NCBI GenBank assembly: GCA_903825245.1
Contig: CAIJZX010000016.1
Span: forward strand, 2,100-66,099
Source of the DNA: Candidatus Kerfeldbacteria bacterium
GTDB taxonomy: Bacteria; Patescibacteriota; Patescibacteriia; SBBC01; CAIJZX01
Length of the DNA: 64,000 nucleotides
Direction: 5' to 3'
The position numbers and the translations under genes were made by a program. Of the stretch, positions 29,834-38,884 are shown in pieces (the first letter of the stretch is position 1; the number at the start of each line of letters is the position of its first letter). A model generated the notes under the pieces. It had not been told where the DNA came from. It did not search any database and saw nothing but the letters and a program-made list of their open reading frames with translations.

Positions 29834-30073
29834 CTACTTCGGCGACTTGCTGAGCGTCTGCTCGCAAGCGGTCTTGGCCTTCCGCGCGAGGTAGTCGCGC
29901 ACCTGCGTGGCCATCTTCAGACCGTCGTCCCCGAGGCTGCCCAGGAAATTGGCCGTTACGTCGCCGACGTTCTTGGCTGCCTGGCCGGCTTGGTCGAGGT
30001 CGATAGTAATCTTCCCTCCACGCCGCCTGATGAACTTGGGAACGATCTTGGGAGGAGCTGTCTGCTTCGGCAT
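29834..30073 (-). CDS. Hypothetical small basic protein (79 aa)
   Basis: Good SD (AAGGAG-5-ATG); own terminator. Confidence 0.5.
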   Translation of the reverse strand: MPKQTAPPKIVPKFIRRRGGKITIDLDQAGQAAKNVGDVTANFLGSLGDDGLKMATQVRDYLARKAKTACEQTLSKSPK

Positions 30074-30251
30074 TTCGAACTCCTTTGAGGATCTTCCTCC
30101 ACGACCTGGGAGGAATCAGGAACGGGAACCATTCCCGAGCGGGATATCATTACCATCCAATGAAAAAAAAGTCAATATCCAAACTCCGGGGAACAGAGGT
30201 TATTGGCTAATATCAGAATATTTAAAAATAAAAAGTAGCCCTCAGTCAGAG

Positions 30252-30749
30252 CTACGTAGATGTCCGTTCAGCGATCCTAGTTTTTGCTTCAGCCAGCAGT
30301 TTCGCTTCCAATTGACGGAACAGGCGGCGCATGACCAGGAATGCTTCATGATGGGGCGGTGGACCAGCCGGGATACAATACAGCTTGCTTCCTCCTCCCA
30401 TCCACATTCCGATGTGCGTTTGTCCGATGGCTTCGGGCACTTCCATCCGATCAACGCGAACCACATGCGTCAATTTTCTCTCCGTAACATCGAAGACGAC
30501 GCCGTGTCCGGATTCCGGAATGAACTCAATCCAGTTCAGCCAACCGTCCTTTTCCAAATGCCGACGAATGCTCCGAAGCCTCTGATCGGTCTGATCGTTG
30601 CCGATTGTTCCTGGCTGGACGATCATCTGTTGCACCAGCATCGCAAGCGCCACATCGCGACCGACGATAACACTCGCCGCTGCTAGTCCTTCAACGCCCC
30701 ACCGTTGAATCAACCTGCCGGCCGAAAACAAATTCCGTGTGGTAATCAT
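30252..30749 (-). CDS. Hypothetical protein (165 aa), possible permuted papain-like/NlpC-P60-like hydrolase (weak)
   Basis: Strong SD (AAGGAGG-4-ATG) at internal Met; ORF track start 30995 is an extension; His…Cys arrangement (THIGMWMGG…YCIPAG) only suggestive. Confidence 0.45.
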   Translation of the reverse strand: MITTRNLFSAGRLIQRWGVEGLAAASVIVGRDVALAMLVQQMIVQPGTIGNDQTDQRLRSIRRHLEKDGWLNWIEFIPESGHGVVFDVTERKLTHVVRVDRMEVPEAIGQTHIGMWMGGGSKLYCIPAGPPPHHEAFLVMRRLFRQLEAKLLAEAKTRIAERTST

Positions 30750-30823
30750 GCTACCTCCTTGGGAAAGAACCGCGGCAACCTTAGTACAGGCGCCTCGGAC
30801 TGTCAATAACGAAACAGCGAGTG

Positions 30824-30862
30824 TTACTGCTTCCCTTCGCGTTTCCGCACGTTGGCGTCGTG
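30824..30862 (-). repeat. Degenerate duplicate of the bipA 3' coding end (encodes …HDANVRKREGKQ* vs authentic …[12 protein letters not shown])
   Basis: 30-bp core TTCCCTTCGCGTTTCCGCACGTTGGCGTCG at ~30831-30860 vs TTCCCTTCGCGTTTCCGCAAGTTAGCATCG at ~31838-31867; in-frame with its own stop. Confidence 0.7.
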
Positions 30863-31067
30863 TTAGTACTTTCTGCAACGAATATTGTACATTCATTACA
30901 AGTTGAAGATTAACGCGACTACGCCCGACTCCGTGTTTGTTGGCAGTGTTTTTGTTTTGCTTTTCCAGCACAACTAGCCTTGACAGCATACTCAACCCAT
31001 GTTTGAATGGGCAACTCCTGTCTTAAGGAGCGTTGCTCTTCACAATACTCACCACTATGGAGGTCGA

Positions 31068-31805
31068 ATGTTCCCACTCAACGTGGCTCTCATCGAGGAG
31101 CGCCTCGGGCTGAGCTTCAGCCGTCCAGAGTACTGGCACTATGTATTCTTCGATGAGGCGGCGGATGGCACACCCCCTCCAACTCACCTGGGACAGCAGG
31201 TACTCGCCTACCGAGGTGATAAGGTCATCGATCTGGTCATCGCCGACCACTTCGTAGAACACTACCCGGACCACCGCGATCAGCATGGGCTGTGGCGCAG
31301 TGGCCTCGCCAGCAATGCCGCCTTTCACAAAATCTTGGAGGACCGTGGCGTCCTGATGATCGTTCGACAAACCCAGCACCAACGGGTATTGCTGGGAATC
31401 AAACACGGCGGCACGATGTTCGAAGCCATGATCGCCGTTCTCTATACTGAACATGGACTGGAGTTCGTGCGAACGTATCTGCACCAGACACTGCTGCCCT
31501 GCATCCCGGACGTCATCACGAACGCCTGGAATGAATTCCCGGCCATGCGGTTGAACGCCCTTTGTGCGCGCCATTTTCGAGCCTCACCTGATTTCCAGTC
31601 ACTCGGCTTGGCTGGTAGTCGGCAACGGCAAGCCTTCGCTGTCCGTCTGACGATTTCCGGAGTACTGAAAATCGACGGCTACGGACGAAATCCAGAAGCT
31701 GCCAAGGCACGCGCCATCAGTGACGCCTTCGACATCCTCCGCCGGCGCGGTATTGACGTCAATGCTCAACCGCAGATCGTCCTAGCGATGAACCGCACTT
31801 CGTAA
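31068..31805 (+). CDS. RNase III-like protein with degenerate catalytic signature and C-terminal dsRBD-like region
   Basis: N-terminus LIEERLGLSF… matches RNase III start; signature ERLEFLGDA replaced by VLAYRGDKV; SD GGAGG-5-ATG; GC-rich. Confidence 0.55.
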   Translation: MFPLNVALIEERLGLSFSRPEYWHYVFFDEAADGTPPPTHLGQQVLAYRGDKVIDLVIADHFVEHYPDHRDQHGLWRSGLASNAAFHKILEDRGVLMIVRQTQHQRVLLGIKHGGTMFEAMIAVLYTEHGLEFVRTYLHQTLLPCIPDVITNAWNEFPAMRLNALCARHFRASPDFQSLGLAGSRQRQAFAVRLTISGVLKIDGYGRNPEAAKARAISDAFDILRRRGIDVNAQPQIVLAMNRTS

Positions 31806-31827
31806 CCCGAGGTGCTTTTTTCTTCGC

Positions 31828-33645
31828 TTAGTTTTTCCCTTCGCGTTTCCGCAAGTTAGCATCGAGCTGTCGTTTGCGAATGCGTACCGAAGCTGGTGTC
31901 ACTTCCACAAATTCATCAGCGCCGATATATTCCAGAGCTAATTCCAGTGACATCGTTTTCGGCGGTGCTAATAAAATCGCGGCATCAGAGGCCTTCGAAC
32001 GCATGTTCGATAACTTCTTTTCTTTACAGACATTAATTTCCATATCCTCATCGCGAGAATTTTGGCCGATGACCATGCCAGCGTAGACTTCGACACCTGG
32101 AGCAATAAACAACGTTCCTCGTTCCTGTGCCGTATCAAGGGCGTAACCAGTACTGGCGCCGTTTTCAAAAGCAATCAATGAGCCGTGGGTATTGGCGTTA
32201 ATCAAGTCTGGTTGATACGGTTCGTACTTATTGAATAGGTGATTGACGATCGCCTGGCCGCGACACTTCGTCATCAACGCTGATTTCAAACCAATCACGC
32301 CGCGCGTCGGCATATCATATTCGATATGAAGTTCGCCGGTCGGCGTGGTGTCGATCGAGAGTAAACTTCCCTTACGAACACCGCACTCTTCGATAATCAT
32401 GCCCTGAAATTCACCCGGCACGTCAATCGAGACGAGTTCGTACGGTTCCATTTTAACACCGTCTTTTTCGTGCATGATGACTTGCGGTTGCGAGACTTGC
32501 AATTCAAAACCTTCGCGTCGCATCTGCTCGATTAACACTGCTAAGTGCAATTCGCCGCGACCGGAGACGAGGAAGCTGTTTTCATTTTCCGTTTCTTCAA
32601 CGCGCAGCGCCACGTTCGTTTCCAATTCTTTCATTAAGCGAGCTTGAATCTGCCGTGATGTCACCAACTTGCCTTCATTACCGGCAAACGGCGATGTGCT
32701 AACACCAAACGTCATTTGGACAGTCGGCTGGTCGACTTCGACCGGTGGCAACTGCTTCGGATTTTCTGCGTCAGCAATCGTTTCGCCGATAGCAATTTCA
32801 CCCAATCCAGCGACGGCCACAATTTCTCCGGCTTCAGCCGTTTCCACCACCACTTGTTTCAGACCTTCGTAGACCATAATATCCGTCACCTTGCCTTTGA
32901 CGATTTTTCCATCTGTTTTAATCTCAGCGACCGGTTGATTCTTTGAAATTTTCCCGGCAGTAATTTTCCCGATACCCATCTTACCTTTGTAGTTGTCGTT
33001 CATTAACGCTAACACCAGTATCTGTAATGGTTCGCTGACGTTTACTTCCGGAGCGGGGACTTTGGCCACAATCGTTTCAAATAATGGCGTTAAATCGGTG
33101 CCTGGTTTTTCATGATCCAAGGTCGCGGTGCCAGCAATTGCCGACGCGTAAACGATAGAAAAATCGAGCTGTTCGTGCGTCGCATTCAAGTGTGAAAACA
33201 AATCAAAGGTTTTATTCACCGCTTCATCGGGATCGGCGTCCGGTTTATCGATTTTGTTAACGACAACAATCGCGTTCAAACCGAGTTCGAGTGCTTTTCG
33301 CAACACGAATTTCGTTTGCGGCATCGGACCTTCTTTCGCATCAACCAACAGCAAGACACCATCCACCATGCGGAGGATGCGTTCGACTTCACCACCGAAA
33401 TCCGCGTGGCCCGGCGTATCGACAATGTTGATCTTAATGTCGTTATAGACGATTGAGGCGTTTTTGGCACGAATAGTAATGCCGCGTTCGCGCTCCTGAT
33501 CCATCGAATCCATAATCCGCTCGCCCATTTGATCGAGGTTTCGAGCCGAGTGGGTTTGCTTCAACATGGCATCGACCAAGGTCGTTTTACCATGGTCAAC
33601 GTGGGCGATAATTGCAATATTGCGGATGTTATTTCTGCGTTCCAT
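31828..33645 (-). CDS. typA: Translational GTPase TypA/BipA
   Basis: G-domain [23 protein letters not shown]; full-length BipA architecture. Confidence 0.95.
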   Translation of the reverse strand: MERRNNIRNIAIIAHVDHGKTTLVDAMLKQTHSARNLDQMGERIMDSMDQERERGITIRAKNASIVYNDIKINIVDTPGHADFGGEVERILRMVDGVLLLVDAKEGPMPQTKFVLRKALELGLNAIVVVNKIDKPDADPDEAVNKTFDLFSHLNATHEQLDFSIVYASAIAGTATLDHEKPGTDLTPLFETIVAKVPAPEVNVSEPLQILVLALMNDNYKGKMGIGKITAGKISKNQPVAEIKTDGKIVKGKVTDIMVYEGLKQVVVETAEAGEIVAVAGLGEIAIGETIADAENPKQLPPVEVDQPTVQMTFGVSTSPFAGNEGKLVTSRQIQARLMKELETNVALRVEETENENSFLVSGRGELHLAVLIEQMRREGFELQVSQPQVIMHEKDGVKMEPYELVSIDVPGEFQGMIIEECGVRKGSLLSIDTTPTGELHIEYDMPTRGVIGLKSALMTKCRGQAIVNHLFNKYEPYQPDLINANTHGSLIAFENGASTGYALDTAQERGTLFIAPGVEVYAGMVIGQNSRDEDMEINVCKEKKLSNMRSKASDAAILLAPPKTMSLELALEYIGADEFVEVTPASVRIRKRQLDANLRKREGKN

Positions 33646-33759
33646 ATAATGTGAAAATCGAAGACTGCGCTTCAGTTAAAAAATGCGCCAGTGGCGCCAC
33701 AACACTATACTCGAATGAGTGAATCCTGTCAACTGTCCGCCATAATACGGAGTAAAGAA

Positions 33760-33792
33760 AAAACCGACTGTTGAAAGTCGGCAATGAACATG
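33760..33792 (-). terminator. Rho-independent terminator (CCGACTGTTGAAAGTCGG + U-run on minus strand)
   Basis: Hairpin preceded by A-run on plus strand, immediately 3' of 33804.. Confidence 0.6.
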
Positions 33793-33803
33793 CGTCTTGA
33801 AAG

Positions 33804-33989
33804 TTACCGGAACGTTACCGTGATGTTGTTACCAACACGTCGAAGCATTTGCGTCTTGCCCTGGCTATCAACAAAGGGGACTTGATTCAGGGATGTATCG
33901 GCACGAAGTCGGTCAAACGCCGCCCGGAACGATTCATTCTCTCGCAAGAGTTGTTTGACTTCTGTTGTCGAAAGCTTGGCCTGGGTCAT
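33804..33989 (-). CDS. Hypothetical small protein (61 aa from internal Met; 87 aa if ORF-track start used)
   Basis: SD GAGGA-4-ATG at 33989; overlaps upstream gene by 11 nt. Confidence 0.4.
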   Translation of the reverse strand: MTQAKLSTTEVKQLLRENESFRAAFDRLRADTSLNQVPFVDSQGKTQMLRRVGNNITVTFR

Positions 33990-33996
33990 GAATTCC

Positions 33997-34350
33997 TCAT
34001 CGTGGTCTAACGTACGAATCTTCAGGCCGGGTACGATCGTGTAGTCCCAGAGACAATTGCTGTTCATTGCGCGGCTTCGGTGGCGGAAGGCCTTGCGCGC
34101 GCGGATTATAGCCGTTCTGAACCAGGAGTCGGTCCATCAATGTCGATCCTCTTCCATCGGCAATCGCATTCATCATACCGGCCAATTGCGCAACAGAATA
34201 TTGTCTGAGGTGTGCCTTGGAAATCCTGTCCCAGCGATTGTGCCAAATCCACACATACAACTGATCGACAAGAATTGACCGATGAATGACCCTGCGTACA
34301 CCAGGCTTTCGGAAATCACATATTCCGATCATACTCACTTCTCTCGGCAT
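33997..34350 (-). CDS. Hypothetical protein (117 aa)
   Basis: Excellent SD (AAGGAGG-5-ATG). Confidence 0.5.
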   Translation of the reverse strand: MPREVSMIGICDFRKPGVRRVIHRSILVDQLYVWIWHNRWDRISKAHLRQYSVAQLAGMMNAIADGRGSTLMDRLLVQNGYNPRAQGLPPPKPRNEQQLSLGLHDRTRPEDSYVRPR

Positions 34351-34440
34351 GGCAAACCTCCTTGTTGGAGAACGCGTTGTTCAAGGTGCGTAAAGAACGC
34401 CGAGAGCATACGCCTGAGGCAAGCGACTGTCAATGCTCAA

Positions 34441-35301
34441 CTACGCCGCGTCGTGTGGACGAAGAATTCTTTCAAACCACAAAACAATCGCCAAGCCAAC
34501 TATCGCCACTATGCCGAAACGTCGCGCATACCACCAGCGATCGCGGTTGGTAATTTCCCGAACTTTCCAGCCGTCAATTTTTCCGACACTTGCTGCCTGT
34601 TCGTGAAAGACGATGGCTTCGGGAATGTACCAGGCCGTGACGCCGAGTTCTTCCGCTCGTTTGAACCATTCCGATTCTAGGCCGACGAATTGTAATGCCT
34701 CATTGAGGCCGCCGATTTCTTCCCACACCGATCGCGATGCAACAAGGCAACTGCTATTCAACACTGGCACGAGTTGCGGTTCAGCAGCCACACGAGTATC
34801 AAGCGAGTACATCAACTGCGGCGAAATCCACGACAGTGCCGGATGCCACGATCTTGGCCATGGCGAACCCTGGTGTTCAGCCGGACCCCAAATCGTTCGT
34901 TTCGATGTATGCGGATAGGCTGTAGTCAAAATATCGCCCTGCGGATCGCGTTGGCGCGGTCCGACAACGGTGCGCGGATGCTGGTCAACCCAAGCAATTA
35001 AACGATCGAGGCTATGCCCTTCAAAGAGCACGTCGGGATGGACGATACAAAGCGTCTCGCCAATCGCATGTTGTGTACCGAAATTCACGGCTTTGGTAAA
35101 GCCGATGTTCTGCGATTGTGGGAAATAGTGACCATGAAAACCGCTGGAATGTAAAATTTCCTTAGCGCCATCTTCCGGCGAGTTATCGACCACAATCACC
35201 TCTAATGATGCCTGGGTGGCGACATGGAGCGAACGCAAACAGTGTTCGAGTTCTTGACTCGAACGAAAGTTGACGATGATGATGGAGAGTTTTGGAGTCA
35301 T
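34441..35301 (-). CDS. Glycosyltransferase family 2
   Basis: LSIIIVNFRS…VVDNSPEDGA GT2 motifs; start overlaps NUDIX stop (ATGA). Confidence 0.8.
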   Translation of the reverse strand: MTPKLSIIIVNFRSSQELEHCLRSLHVATQASLEVIVVDNSPEDGAKEILHSSGFHGHYFPQSQNIGFTKAVNFGTQHAIGETLCIVHPDVLFEGHSLDRLIAWVDQHPRTVVGPRQRDPQGDILTTAYPHTSKRTIWGPAEHQGSPWPRSWHPALSWISPQLMYSLDTRVAAEPQLVPVLNSSCLVASRSVWEEIGGLNEALQFVGLESEWFKRAEELGVTAWYIPEAIVFHEQAASVGKIDGWKVREITNRDRWWYARRFGIVAIVGLAIVLWFERILRPHDAA

Positions 35302-35717
35302 GATTGTGGAAAAGGATGGTAACCCTGCTGTAAAAGATTTCGAATCGGTAAAAATAACGGCCGAGGCAATTCTTCCCAAGCCACCCAGTGCCAGTTTTCA
35401 CTCTTGTCAGGCTCTGGAGTCGTAGGTTCACCCTCCAGACAGTCGGCAATTATAACTAATGTCACACAATGATGACCGACTTCAATGTTGATATCGTTGG
35501 TAAATGTCACCGCACGGACATTAGTAATAACCAAACCGGTTTCTTCCATCGTTTCACGCTGTGCGCAGTTTTCCGGCGTCTCATTCATTTCCAAGTGACC
35601 GCCGGGAAATTGCCATACTGGCGATCTTCCGCTTTTGCGCAAACCTATCAAGACCTGTCGATCACGACAGACGATGACACTAACGCCGACAGATGGACGT
35701 AACATTTGTTGCTCCAT
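35298..35717 (-). CDS. NUDIX hydrolase
   Basis: Nudix box GGHLEMNETPENCAQRETMEETGL. Confidence 0.85.
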   Translation of the reverse strand: MEQQMLRPSVGVSVIVCRDRQVLIGLRKSGRSPVWQFPGGHLEMNETPENCAQRETMEETGLVITNVRAVTFTNDINIEVGHHCVTLVIIADCLEGEPTTPEPDKSENWHWVAWEELPRPLFLPIRNLLQQGYHPFPQS

Positions 35718-35756
35718 ACCAATAAGTATACTCCTAAATGAACAACTGGCGCCACC

Positions 35757-36284
35757 TCACAAGGAACGAACTGCATACTGAAACCCATTCAATGCCATGC
35801 CGTGTGTTTTTTTCTGTATATATTGTTGCAAACGATAAAATGACCACGCGTGCGCCATCAGACTAAACATCGCACACTTCGGCAACTGCCAAATACTTGG
35901 ATACTGTGTAAAACCAGCATCCTTTAACCAGGCAAGTACATGCGGATTACGCGATGACGACACTAGTAGCTGATTCGGCCTTGATGCTATGCCGATTTGT
36001 CGTTTGAATAATTCGCGGCCAATTCCTTGCGCACGAAAATCAGGATGAACATACAATGAACTCAAAATTGCACATGATTGTATGGGCTGATCAATCGTAC
36101 AAAATCCAGCCATCGTATTGTTTTTTGTAGCCACAATTACTTTTTTGGCATGCAAAATTTCTTGAGCACTCAGTCCGGTAATATCCGGCTCCTGCTTCAG
36201 CCACTTCTGGAATAGTTGCGCCTCAGCGGATGTCACTGATTCGCGAAACTCAATTTTTGTATTATCCATGATGTAGAAGTTCAT
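35757..36284 (-). CDS. GNAT family N-acetyltransferase
   Basis: Motif A-like …YVHPDFRAQGIGRELF…. Confidence 0.7.
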   Translation of the reverse strand: MNFYIMDNTKIEFRESVTSAEAQLFQKWLKQEPDITGLSAQEILHAKKVIVATKNNTMAGFCTIDQPIQSCAILSSLYVHPDFRAQGIGRELFKRQIGIASRPNQLLVSSSRNPHVLAWLKDAGFTQYPSIWQLPKCAMFSLMAHAWSFYRLQQYIQKKTHGMALNGFQYAVRSL

Positions 36285-36720
36285 AGACCGCTACACCCAT
36301 CGCGGTGGCTACATTGAGCGATTCTTTCTGGCCGAGCATCGGTATTTCAAGATGTGTATCGGCGTACTTTTGCAATGCCGGACTGACCCCTTTGACTTCG
36401 TTGCCGACAATCACTATCAATGGCCATTTCGGTTTCCAGGTAAACAAATTCTTCGCCTGTGATGTTTGTTCGAGAACGGCCACGTGATAACCAGTCTTCT
36501 TCATCTTTTTTAACCATGCCCCAGGCGTTTGTACGTATTCCCACGGAAACCATTCTTCAGCGCCGAGTGCGACTTTAGCGATGCCTTTGTGGGGCGGGTG
36601 AGCTGTATACCCACTCAGAACTATTTTAGTCACACCCGCCCCGTCAGCGGTGCGAAAAAATGAACCCACATTATACGTGGAACGAATGTTGTGAGCAAGA
36701 ACAATGAGCTTCTTTTTCAT
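36262..36720 (-). CDS. SpoU/TrmH-family RNA 2'-O-methyltransferase (TrmL-like)
   Basis: SPOUT motifs …VIVGNEVKGVS…PMLGQKESLNVATAMGVAVYEL. Confidence 0.8.
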   Translation of the reverse strand: MKKKLIVLAHNIRSTYNVGSFFRTADGAGVTKIVLSGYTAHPPHKGIAKVALGAEEWFPWEYVQTPGAWLKKMKKTGYHVAVLEQTSQAKNLFTWKPKWPLIVIVGNEVKGVSPALQKYADTHLEIPMLGQKESLNVATAMGVAVYELLHHG

Positions 36721-36722
36721 TG

Positions 36723-37127
36723 CTATCGCTTCAGGAAATCCTGTAGGAGTTTCGGTAGGTAATCAACGAGTGGGGATTGGTCGGGGTTCGCCGGATCAAC
36801 CCAGGTAAATGTCTCGTGTTCTGCCGGATTTAAACGAACATAACCACCAGGATGTTTGGCCAGAAAAATGAGACGAAGAAATTGAGTATTTTTTTCAGTA
36901 TCAATATTCGAGGTGAAAGAAAAAAGTTGTAAATCTTTAATGTTCAAGCTTGTCTCTTCTAGTGTTTCACGAATTGCCGCGGCCTGTGGGTCTTCGCCCG
37001 ACTCGCAGCTACCACCAGGTATATCCCAGATTAACGGTAAAACATCATTCTCTTTTGACCGTCGGAGAATTAACGCCCGACCTTGTTGGTCGTAAATAAA
37101 CGCGTGAGCAATAAGAGAAATGTTCAT
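36723..37127 (-). CDS. NUDIX hydrolase
   Basis: Nudix box GGSCESGEDPQAAAIRETLEETSL. Confidence 0.85.
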   Translation of the reverse strand: MNISLIAHAFIYDQQGRALILRRSKENDVLPLIWDIPGGSCESGEDPQAAAIRETLEETSLNIKDLQLFSFTSNIDTEKNTQFLRLIFLAKHPGGYVRLNPAEHETFTWVDPANPDQSPLVDYLPKLLQDFLKR

Positions 37128-37219
37128 ATCAGAAATAGTGTAGCATGATTTAAATTTTTCATGAACTGTGGTGCGTCATCCTAGTTGCCACTGTAGGTAA
37201 AAAAAGGTACACTATTAAT

Positions 37220-37855
37220 ATGGTACGAAAAAAGTATACTCCGTTAATAATCTTACCTGCTATTTGTATCTGTTTAGTAGCAGTACTTGTTTGGCCAAAA
37301 AAGAAAGCCCTAGCACCGACCGTGAACACCACTACAGTCACCAATACGGTTCAGCCAGTGGTCAACACGAATTCAGCACCAACGTCGTCAGTTATAACGT
37401 TTTCGACAGTTGATGTACCCGAACGCGATCCGGCTTTTGATTTTTCGATGCAATTACCAGATACCTGGCTGGTGGAATATCAACCGACGCCGAAGGCGAT
37501 TAACGTCTATGCGCCGAAGGGAACCGGCACCAGACTCGGCCAATCAACAGTCTTTATCCAGTACTATACTGGTACAACGTTTCAATTTCCGGCTCGTACG
37601 CTGGCGACGACAAAAAAATCATTCGTCTCAAGCGAACAATCGGTTTCATCCTACACGGAAAAAGCAGTGACAACGGTTGTCCCAACAAACTACCCAACCT
37701 GGTGGTCACAGCAGCATGAGGTGATTGATGTCCGGAGCGGATCCAGCGCGCCGTACACTTTTTTCGTTCTCCATTTTGCGCCGACGCTAGATTCTGCTAC
37801 AATCCAACAACTCTCCAACTCGTTCCACAACGGGTTGTACGCTCAACCAATGTAA
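37220..37855 (+). CDS. Hypothetical secreted/membrane-anchored protein
   Basis: N-terminal TM/signal. Confidence 0.5.
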   Translation: MVRKKYTPLIILPAICICLVAVLVWPKKKALAPTVNTTTVTNTVQPVVNTNSAPTSSVITFSTVDVPERDPAFDFSMQLPDTWLVEYQPTPKAINVYAPKGTGTRLGQSTVFIQYYTGTTFQFPARTLATTKKSFVSSEQSVSSYTEKAVTTVVPTNYPTWWSQQHEVIDVRSGSSAPYTFFVLHFAPTLDSATIQQLSNSFHNGLYAQPM

Positions 37856-37871
37856 TATTCATCGGCACTCT

Positions 37872-38534
37872 ATGGCAAACCCAACCACTTCGCCAAGAAT
37901 TATCGGTATTGTTGCCATTGCCGTCATTATCACCGCGGCGGTATTAATGATGACTGGATATAAACTCGGCGGTAATTCCAATACGAATGATAATGAAAAT
38001 TCCAACGTCAACACGAGCACAACAAATGTTTCATCAACTCAAACGCCAACCAACGTGAAAACCTATACGTTTCCGGGGAAACTCTCGGCCGATAAAATCC
38101 ACAACAAGCAAGCACGTATCGTAACCAACAAAGGAACGATTGTTTTTACGCTGGATGATGCGCAATCGCCGTTAGCGGTCAGTAGTTTTGTGTTCTTAGC
38201 TGAACAAGGATACTTCAATGGTTTGACCTGGCACCGGGTTTTACCAGATTTCGTTATCCAAGGCGGCGATCCGACAGGCACCGGTACGGGCGGTCCGGGG
38301 TACCAATTTCCTGATGAAACAGTGACCGGTGAATACACAATTGGTACGGTGGCGATGGCTAATGCCGGAGCGAATACCAATGGTTCGCAATTCTTTATCT
38401 GCAACGCCGATGATACGCAAAAACTGACTAAGAGCTATTCGATTTTTGGTCATGTTACCCAAGGACTTGATGTGGTCACAAAAATTGCTCAGGGCGATCT
38501 GATGCAGACGGTGACCATCGAACCAGCTTCCTAG
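37872..38534 (+). CDS. Membrane-anchored cyclophilin-type peptidyl-prolyl cis-trans isomerase
   Basis: …WHRVLPDFVIQGGDP…GTVAMANAG…SQFFI. Confidence 0.85.
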   Translation: MANPTTSPRIIGIVAIAVIITAAVLMMTGYKLGGNSNTNDNENSNVNTSTTNVSSTQTPTNVKTYTFPGKLSADKIHNKQARIVTNKGTIVFTLDDAQSPLAVSSFVFLAEQGYFNGLTWHRVLPDFVIQGGDPTGTGTGGPGYQFPDETVTGEYTIGTVAMANAGANTNGSQFFICNADDTQKLTKSYSIFGHVTQGLDVVTKIAQGDLMQTVTIEPAS

Positions 38535-38535
38535 C

Positions 38536-38847
38536 ATGCAAATTGTTTGGGCTTCCGAAGTTGAGCAAAAATTGCGTGAACTCATTGCTGATGCCCCGAT
38601 AACATATCGCAAGTACTTTGATGCCGACGTCAAAAACGCCGCTCGGCTACAAGCGCAGCGTTTAGGTAAATCAGAAATTGATGAGGATGCGATGGTGCGC
38701 GGATTCATTACCTGTGTGCCGCGGCATTTGCGCGACGGGTTACAAGAGGTGCTCGGACAACATAATGTGGATTTACAATATTATTTACCAGTCTTCGATG
38801 AACCGAACCTGGTTCATAAAAGTATTGATAATCCAGCCGGGCAATAG
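38536..38847 (+). CDS. Small protein resembling the PCP_red (protochlorophyllide-reductase C-terminal-like) domain family
   Basis: W-x2-E-x-E…L…IP-like…RK…AR…G…I pattern; weak. Confidence 0.4.
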   Translation: MQIVWASEVEQKLRELIADAPITYRKYFDADVKNAARLQAQRLGKSEIDEDAMVRGFITCVPRHLRDGLQEVLGQHNVDLQYYLPVFDEPNLVHKSIDNPAGQ

Positions 38848-38884
38848 CAGGAATTGAGGGCTTGCCTAAATCGTTACCGTATGA

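Noticed and set aside
24398-31574. Numerous 60-250-aa ORFs antisense to the ABC transporter, OmpA fusion, coiled-coil and RNase III-like genes (e.g. 26194..26739, 26845..27537, 27577..28230, 29907..30686, 31023..31574)
   Set aside because: They are compositional artefacts of high GC: no SD sequences, biased Arg/Ala/Pro content, and they overlap better-supported genes on the opposite strand.
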